A stretch of DNA of 47,326 bases from Escherichia phage Lambda imm434: the sequence record OM418626.1, one strand, 5' to 3'. The translations under genes were made by a program, and so were the position numbers. Below the pieces are notes generated by a model. It did not search any database, was not told the DNA's origin, and was given only the letters and a program-made list of their open reading frames with translations. Positions 45,283 through 47,326 of this stretch are shown here, piece by piece. Within the stretch, counting starts at the first letter, position 1; each line of letters starts with the position of its first letter.

Positions 45283-45576
45283 TTATTGTGAGCAATACAC
45301 ACGCGCTTCCAGCGGAGTATAAATGCCTAAAGTAATAAAACCGAGCAATCCATTTACGAATGTTTGCTGGGTTTCTGTTTTAACAACATTTTCTGCGCCG
45401 CCACAAATTTTGGCTGCATCGACAGTTTTCTTCTGCCCAATTCCAGAAACGAAGAAATGATGGGTGATGGTTTCCTTTGGTGCTACTGCTGCCGGTTTGT
45501 TTTGAACAGTAAACGTCTGTTGAGCACATCCTGTAATAAGCAGGGCCAGCGCAGTAGCGAGTAGCATTTTTTTCAT
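45283..45576 (-). CDS. bor: Bor lipoprotein (serum-resistance moron)
   Basis: ORF 45283..45576 (97 aa) with lipoprotein signal MKKMLLATALALLITGCAQ. Confidence 0.9.
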   Translation of the reverse strand: MKKMLLATALALLITGCAQQTFTVQNKPAAVAPKETITHHFFVSGIGQKKTVDAAKICGGAENVVKTETQQTFVNGLLGFITLGIYTPLEARVYCSQ

Positions 45577-45865
45577 GGTGTTATTCCCGATGCTTTTTGA
45601 AGTTCGCAGAATCGTATGTGTAGAAAATTAAACAAACCCTAAACAATGAGTTGAAATTTCATATTGTTAATATTTATTAATGTATGTCAGGTGCGATGAA
45701 TCGTCATTGTATTCCCGGATTAACTATGTCCACAGCCCTGACGGGGAACTTCTCTGCGGGAGTGTCCGGGAATAATTAAAACGATGCACACAGGGTTTAG
45801 CGCGTACACGTATTGCATTATGCCAACGCCCCGGTGCTGACACGGAAGAAACCGGACGTTATGAT

Positions 45866-46399
45866 TTAGCGTGGAAAGATTTGTGTAGTGTTCTGAATGC
45901 TCTCAGTAAATAGTAATGAATTATCAAAGGTATAGTAATATCTTTTATGTTCATGGATATTTGTAACCCATCGGAAAACTCCTGCTTTAGCAAGATTTTC
46001 CCTGTATTGCTGAAATGTGATTTCTCTTGATTTCAACCTATCATAGGACGTTTCTATAAGATGCGTGTTTCTTGAGAATTTAACATTTACAACCTTTTTA
46101 AGTCCTTTTATTAACACGGTGTTATCGTTTTCTAACACGATGTGAATATTATCTGTGGCTAGATAGTAAATATAATGTGAGACGTTGTGACGTTTTAGTT
46201 CAGAATAAAACAATTCACAGTCTAAATCTTTTCGCACTTGATCGAATATTTCTTTAAAAATGGCAACCTGAGCCATTGGTAAAACCTTCCATGTGATACG
46301 AGGGCGCGTAGTTTGCATTATCGTTTTTATCGTTTCAATCTGGTCTGACCTCCTTGTGTTTTGTTGATGATTTATGTCAAATATTAGGAATGTTTTCAC
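45866..46399 (-). CDS. Hypothetical protein (lambda right-end ORF, AT-rich)
   Basis: ORF 45866..46399 (177 aa); position matches a right-end lambda ORF. Confidence 0.6.
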   Translation of the reverse strand: MKTFLIFDINHQQNTRRSDQIETIKTIMQTTRPRITWKVLPMAQVAIFKEIFDQVRKDLDCELFYSELKRHNVSHYIYYLATDNIHIVLENDNTVLIKGLKKVVNVKFSRNTHLIETSYDRLKSREITFQQYRENLAKAGVFRWVTNIHEHKRYYYTFDNSLLFTESIQNTTQIFPR

Positions 46400-46561
46400 T
46401 TAATAGTATTGGTTGCGTAACAAAGTGCGGTCCTGCTGGCATTCTGGAGGGAAATACAACCGACAGATGTATGTAAGGCCAACGTGCTCAAATCTTCATA
46501 CAGAAAGATTTGAAGTAATATTTTAACCGCTAGATGAAGAGCAAGCGCATGGAGCGACAAA

Positions 46562-46768
46562 ATGAATAAAGAACAATCTGCTGATGATCCCTCCGTGGAT
46601 CTGATTCGTGTAAAAAATATGCTTAATAGCACCATTTCTATGAGTTACCCTGATGTTGTAATTGCATGTATAGAACATAAGGTGTCTCTGGAAGCATTCA
46701 GAGCAATTGAGGCAGCGTTGGTGAAGCACGATAATAATATGAAGGATTATTCCCTGGTGGTTGACTGA
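46562..46768 (+). CDS. Hypothetical small protein
   Basis: ORF 46562..46768 (68 aa). Confidence 0.4.
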
Positions 46769-46932
46769 TCACCATAACTGCTAATCATTCAAACTATTTA
46801 GTCTGTGACAGAGCCAACACGCAGTCTGTCACTGTCAGGAAAGTGGTAAAACTGCAACTCAATTACTGCAATGCCCTCGTAATTAAGTGAATTTACAATA
46901 TCGTCCTGTTCGGAGGGAAGAACGCGGGATGT

Positions 46933-47127
46933 TCATTCTTCATCACTTTTAATTGATGTATATGCTCTCTTTTCTGACGTTAGTCTCCGACGGCAGGCTT
47001 CAATGACCCAGGCTGAGAAATTCCCGGACCCTTTTTGCTCAAGAGCGATGTTAATTTGTTCAATCATTTGGTTAGGAAAGCGGATGTTGCGGGTTGTTGT
47101 TCTGCGGGTTCTGTTCTTCGTTGACAT
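46933..47127 (-). CDS. Hypothetical small protein with ribbon-helix-helix-like pattern
   Basis: ORF 46933..47127 (64 aa): basic N-terminus, RNIRFPNQMIEQINIALEQKG ... NFSAWVIEACRRRL consistent with beta-strand plus two helices. Confidence 0.35.
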   Translation of the reverse strand: MSTKNRTRRTTTRNIRFPNQMIEQINIALEQKGSGNFSAWVIEACRRRLTSEKRAYTSIKSDEE

Positions 47128-47326
47128 GAGGTTGCCCCGTATTCAGTGTCGCTGATTTGTATTGTCTGAAGTTGTTTTTACGTTAAGTTGATGCAGATCA
47201 ATTAATACGATACCTGCGTCATAATTGATTATTTGACGTGGTTTGATGGCCTCCACGCACGTTGTGATATGTAGATGATAATCATTATCACTTTACGGGT
47301 CCTTTCCGGTGATCCGACAGGTTACG

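Overview
This window is a complete, linear, cos-to-cos genome of a lambdoid phage (47,326 bp): essentially bacteriophage lambda with the immunity region of phage 434 (a lambda imm434-type hybrid). Identification is by recall of lambda gene order and protein sequences against the supplied ORF track; no database search was run, so gene names are established knowledge applied to ORFs I can see. Layout: left cohesive end and cosB (1-189); head and tail morphogenesis genes nu1 through J on the + strand (190-18903); lom, the frameshift-split side tail fibre stf and tfa (18965-22557); an AT-rich accessory b2 region on the - strand with ea47, ea31 and ea59 (22686-26973); attP, int and xis (27724-29078); the leftward early operon from ea8.5 to N (29374-35360); a 434-type immunity cassette (about 35560-37070) with six ACAA-N6-TTGT operators, 434 cI, 434 cro and an unnamed signal-peptide ORF where lambda carries rexAB; then cII, O, P, ren, the nin region, Q, the late promoter, lysis genes, bor and right-end ORFs. 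The most interesting candidates are the Ea59/Ea31 ABC-ATPase plus HNH-nuclease pair, which has the architecture of a two-gene anti-phage defence module, and the secreted ORF translationally coupled to 434 cI. No tRNA, rRNA, CRISPR array or insertion sequence was seen.
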